Positions 61,701-64,000 of a stretch of 64,000 nucleotides of DNA are shown piece by piece. The notes beneath the pieces were generated by a model. The model did no database searches. It was not told the DNA's origin and was given only the letters and a program-made list of their open reading frames with translations. How positions within the stretch are numbered: the first letter of the stretch is position 1; every line of letters starts with the position of its first letter. Position numbers and translations under genes: made by a program. This stretch comes from Antedon mediterranea (Eukaryota > Animalia > Echinodermata), in the NCBI RefSeq assembly GCF_964355755.1, contig NC_092680.1:18547045-18611044 (forward strand), written 5' to 3'.

Positions 61701-64000
61701 TCATATCCGCTCATGTTAAAAAGTTGTCGATCTACACTAGGCCTAGGCCTATCAACTTTATCAAAAAAGAATCAAATAACGGTATTTAATATGGATCAAA
61801 ACAATTGTATTATTGCTTTACTACTAATGTTTGCGTCTCGTTTTCTAAAGAATAGTAGTAGATAATACGCCTTTTTTACTAAACGGAAGACATCTTCGAT
61901 CAATGAAAACACAAACAATGCCGTTCAACGAAGCGTAACTAACAGAAATAACATAGCGTTTTCAGCCTATTTTCGGAGGACAAGTTACTTAAAAATTCGT
62001 AACTCCTCAACGGACAGTCGTATGGACAAAATTTGTACTGTAAAATGTTCTTTAAAGATTAGCCTATATAACTGTGTGATTGAAAAAAATTAAAATTTTT
62101 TTTTTCACTTCTTAAGTCCATCGAAAAAAACACCACAGTTTATAAGCATAGGCGCCGCATGGTGTCCTGAAATCCCATGAAAACGCTATGTTATTTCTGT
62201 TGGTTACGCTTCGTTGCACGGCATTGTTTGTCATAGATCGAAGATGTCTTCGTTTCGTGAAAAAGGCGTATACTAAATTCACCAATTTAATTTCAATGAA
62301 GAATTTCCGATTCATCAGCAATAAGTTTCGTAAACTTAAAGCTATAGTTGACCCAGAACGTTCATTTTATGACCGCGAGTGTTTACACTATACGAAGTGC
62401 CGGCCCGAAGCCCGCAATTGCCGGCCCGAAGCCCGCAATTGCCGGCCCGAAGCCTACTCTAGACTAGGCTCAAAATTGAGCCCGCTCGAGGCCGGCTCGG
62501 TTGTTCCCAGAGTGTTTACACTTGTGCACTTTTGGCTCGGAGCCGGCCTCGGGCTCGCTAAAAGCTGAAGTGTAAATGGGGTCTAATGTTGAAGACTAGA
62601 TGTGAGACTAGGCCATTAAAGAAAGCAGTGCTCATATTGTGTTTACGGCGTAAAATAGACAAACGCACCATAGGTTTGTTTTTAATCGTGGAGCATTCAC
62701 CCAGCCAATTCCTGAGTGTGCTATAGAATCATTAAATAGAACATTTGCCATGCGGTAGACTTGATAATGAACTGTATGGATATGAAATTGATCAATCAGA
62801 TAGTAAGAATAAACTTGGGTTATAATGATTATATTTAATTTTCTTTTCTCAAGGATATCATCTTCTGCAATGAGTAATGAGTTCTTTGCAAGGGCGTGCA
62901 CAAGTTGGCGTGAAAGTCTATCAGAAGGAGACTTCATGCCAGAAGCTCAGTTGAAAATTAAACAAGAATTAGAAAAGGAAAAGGTTAAACTTGATCCGTG
63001 GAAGGTACGGCTCTTGTTTTTGGTTTCACCTGAATGTATTTTTGTAGTGGAACTGTAGGTTGGTGTTAACTGATGAAAGTGAATTTCCATTAAAATTTAC
63101 AAACATTTTTCCGCCTAGGCCTAGCTCTGAATTAAGTTTTCCGTAAAGCTCAAGTAGCGATCGCAATGTAGGCCAGGCTAGAGATATTACGTGACTGCAA
63201 GCAGATTGACGACACATTTTTTTTTTCTTTGCATCACTCAAATAGATAAAAACGAGGTTCCTGAATTCAGAATACTAAATTAAATAAAATACAGATAAAA
63301 ATAAACATATTATACACATATTAGGCAATGAACATTAATTCGAAACCACCCGGTGATATACCGAAATTTAATTAATTAATTTGAAACGATAAAGATGAGG
63401 AAATCTGTGAGAATGAGAAAAAGTCGCCCCAACCGAGACTCGAACTCAGACCGCCTGCTTGATATGCAGATGTCCTAACCATTAGACCACTGGGGCTTTC
63501 ATGGTATTGTTCAAACTAGATTGGATAGCAACTCTTTAATATTCTCGGCGTGGTATGGCGGAACAGCACTAGTCCTCAGTTGTACGCACGCGCACCAGAG
63601 ATCAAATTGATACGCCCTCATCTTTCGGTATTTTTATTCACGGGTCGGGATCTCCGAAGAGATACTTTTATATATATAAACACATTAGGCAATGAACATT
63701 AATTCAAAACCACCCGGTGATATACTGAAATTTAATTAATTACATGTACACTAGCAAGAGTATGTACATGCGCTGTGAAGAGGGTTTGTTTATTTTCGTT
63801 AACAAAATTTAATGTAATTATAATTACAAACAAAGTAAATTGTTCATACATAGTTTTTGTGTAATTATAAATTATTTTTTTATTTTATGAATTATTTTTA
63901 GATTTAATTACATGCATATACAATTTTTTTTATTTAGGTAAAACATTTTGAGCCTGTTTGGGGTCAAAGTACCATACCGAAAAATCCAGATACAAACTCG
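46789..64000 (+). CDS. ASXL: Polycomb protein Additional sex combs-like (HARE-HTH plus DEUBAD); continues past the window end
   Basis: Exons 46789-46845, 54855-54937, 57984-58092, 58496-58607, 58730-58972, 59261-59421, 60231-60261, 60676-60728, 61205-61314, 62854-63004 and 63938->64000. TWAEAAEK|[13 protein letters not shown] and [10 protein letters not shown] (HARE-HTH); [26 protein letters not shown]...LLPEPD...[20 protein letters not shown]...[14 protein letters not shown] (DEUBAD). Confidence 0.95.
47326..47623 (-). repeat. 3' LTR (298 bp)
   Basis: Identical by eye to 54090-54387; 8-bp terminal inverted repeat; paired octamer hairpin ATTTGCATAC-CCCCT-GTATGCAAAT at 47527-47551. Confidence 0.97.
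47624..47631 (-). other. Polypurine tract (GGGAGGAG) abutting the 3' LTR
   Basis: Minus strand reads ...TTTTCAAACACGGGAGGAG|TGTTGTGAAC. Confidence 0.8.
47910..49589 (-). CDS. Element-encoded 559-aa protein: N-terminal repeat, C2H2-like finger, and TatD-fold domain with substituted catalytic residues
   Basis: TatD motif order is preserved: [57 protein letters not shown], ...[13 protein letters not shown]..8..HVTKTH finger; intact ORF; strong 3' splice site 2 nt before the ATG. Confidence 0.8.
   Translation of the reverse strand: MDQLPFADGSDTEISEMEEDVLLASPGVPEELTVAGNTGGACPAASTPAKGKPICHLMTPKEETAAGDTRGACPVASTPAERKLKCHLGCGPVSNIRVHVTKTHAPACFRPLERSSWRRARVQWRALTSLATEGLGKGRTPEDLRCLLNVQHLMGDGTDVLPPDRKTRSAILMLTRVIGGKRPPPLTIAPVISHPSALIHWRCVIALIASFGEELVKECGRRAEEEEPAVDQIAKKSTKRRAAEGEHGERPTKRDAPAPKDGRSVAAPPIVRGTSASLGSAPKVFDACFHLDRLQRDLQLSRRADLWDVERAVRVRSGTQPVEVVGGIALFGDPTTYPTEREIGGLARNGCAVGLGVAPGYSPTTVQFDRLLALARTRDVRVIGRVGLDHSAPPIDWPRQDLLLKRVLGRCLDGRHHRILCLEVSGVQGDVTGEECHYRVLDILRLSRVSKEQRLLLADYASTEAVATAYLRHFPRTYFSVTSRVTGFTADQRKGLRFIATNEDRRLLMGSNGPDYPPAGYPVGAPHLLWATAVAVGQVLDRSPRQVTDLTWKNGRDLL
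49623..49925 (-). pseudogene. Remnant of the Pol C-terminus: integrase tail fused to an intact PHD finger (no upstream ATG; possibly used as a spliced exon)
   Basis: Open frame after TGA at 49926-49928: ...[23 protein letters not shown] (like the Gypsy integrase C-terminal VVHHDRLK strand), then [29 protein letters not shown]...IDLYRCADC, a complete C4HC3 PHD. Confidence 0.75.
50417..52870 (-). CDS. Gag-like protein (817 aa): N-terminal helix-hairpin-helix-like segment, Ser-rich linker, retrotransposon capsid domain, long low-complexity tail
   Basis: [20 protein letters not shown]...[12 protein letters not shown]...LSVRFG...[15 protein letters not shown]...[11 protein letters not shown] resembles Gypsy capsid. 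The N-terminus [28 protein letters not shown] resembles HhH. No CCHC knuckle seen. Confidence 0.8.
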   Translation of the reverse strand: MPHVAINFWTEPELVHLLGKRARKITDWRSKFGNIRACDLEYLTGIKCLSSKTTRWDFTPNLQLVSSWVQNTSTPQLFHAAQVPFGTYSGDLPGGSFSWRHISTNQPSSDHREKTDSGCRNTHYRYATKAECQPISELLALDSSLNVRGHHCTKGSKTSKTRSVSKLCRLLTEDCFSDSSSSSSLMDSSSSNDESCTSDEDSDQDRAYGKYSTSVQSRRRHSHRHSQRSQKLLRQKDIPKSLTFNGWDDDWYPFKKRFRFFAKAQNLTTGDSKNALFWCMEGPAAKFLTNLLRMEPTLDFKEMMDVLSVRFGDGERSLKQERHETIEKWGRRVMTVTERACSDLPGSRVQKLQVEWFCTGCHDKDAGEYVSRKHCATITKALEKYRRFDCRRKGLYREHGRKVGNDLMPRTRSMTYTLCSSTHHHISSHEDEAENHYQASEIWSRPKAESSIGEEDVPNGKSLTMMKAAGRQGKNRLPGTSDELQLLASYSSPTSDMLPVADPCITMKQLETTKRGCILPTGEMPNLVTPTSELTRKKKSQESVSKSARANLDFPVVDSWSASISGQERTHTAHTTALDFTVVESCLATLGEDLEERIKVPVPDFPVFNPGERPGKTKPDGTREPRRRRQLPTIPVEWPEPTWSPQTPEQHRRWPQLPTNLVDKPELPRRRRRLPTVPKERQTVVSAFSVADIQSASIGVCNTPVISVTTGSDRASCKPAAKDVGSTTVEVTTGLTDQPQVRMVTEVPPEHKVSMLCLSGTEFTVTSSFPIRKQARSSQRLHSWLLTPTRPGVLHSRAERVDPKLAGTIPWDPGGET
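54075..54088 (-). other. Primer-binding site complementary to the tRNA-Ser 3' end
   Basis: Minus strand, 1 nt after the 5' LTR: TGGCGCTGCGAGCA, complementary to ...UGCUCGCAGCG-CCA as in metazoan tRNA-Ser(UGA/CGA)-type acceptor ends. Confidence 0.8.
54090..54387 (-). repeat. 5' LTR (298 bp)
   Basis: Direct repeat of 47326-47623; contains a minus-strand splice donor AAG|GTAAGC at 54147/54146. Confidence 0.97.
55465..55628. mobile_element. MITE family A copy
   Basis: aagctctgtctacactatcaaa ... tttgatagtgtaggtatagctt. Confidence 0.8.
57169..57374. mobile_element. MITE with 15-bp TIR (CAGGCCTTGTCTTTT) and 6-bp TSD ATTTCT
   Basis: ATTTCT|CAGGCCTTGTCTTTT ... AAAAGACAAGGCCTG|ATTTCT; internal hairpins. 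Confidence 0.7.
58300..58380. mobile_element. MITE family A, internally deleted copy
   Basis: aagctctgtc ... agtttgatagtgtagacagagcttt. Confidence 0.7.
61531..62583. mobile_element. PIF/Harbinger-like non-autonomous DNA transposon (TAA TSD) with internal inverted repeats
   Basis: TAA|GACCCCATTTACACTTCA ... TGAAGTGTAAATGGGGTC|TAA; internal inverted arms at ~61865-61965 and ~62180-62272. Confidence 0.75.
63320..63742. repeat. ~364-bp unit bounded by ~59-bp direct repeats and containing a tRNA-like sequence
   Basis: ATTAGGCAATGAACATTAATTC(G/A)AAACCACCCGGTGATATAC(C/T)GAAATTTAATTAATTA at 63320-63378 and 63684-63742. Confidence 0.8.
63425..63496 (-). tRNA. tRNA-like cloverleaf with anticodon ATC (Asp); probably repeat-derived or a pseudo-tRNA
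   Basis: GCCCCAG-TGGTCTAATGGTTAGGAC-A-TCTGC-ATATCAA-GCAGG-CGGT-CTGAG-TTCGAGT-CTCGG-TTGGGGC-G: all four stems pair, A and B boxes are present, and TTTTT follows 2 nt after the 3' end. Confidence 0.5.

Overview
AT-rich, intron-containing invertebrate metazoan DNA (possibly a deuterostome or echinoderm; this is an inference). Six host genes were built by hand from splice sites: CIB1-like (-, last exon beyond the window start), PEX13 (+), TRAPPC12 (-), an SLC5A8/SLC5A6/NIS-family Na+-solute symporter (+) with two intact paralogous first coding exons, an intronless RING/coiled-coil/NHL (TRIM-NHL-like) gene (-), and ASXL (+, runs off the window end). The most unusual object is a 7,062-bp Gypsy-type LTR element (47326-54387, minus strand) inserted 480 bp into ASXL intron 1. 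It has apparently identical 298-bp LTRs, an ATAG target-site duplication, a tRNA-Ser PBS and a PPT. It encodes a Gag, has no recognisable protease, RT, RNase H or integrase core, and keeps an integrase-tail/PHD-finger module of the H3K4me3-reader type. It also carries an intact 559-aa TatD-fold ORF in which nearly every metal or catalytic residue is substituted. Consensus splice sites suggest an env-like subgenomic RNA for the TatD ORF and a possible Gag-PHD fusion. The rest of the window holds MITEs, SINE and LINE fragments, tandem arrays, a tRNA-like cloverleaf, and several 13-38-bp insertions with 7-bp duplications that look like P-element excision footprints. All family assignments come from motif recognition by eye; no database search was run.
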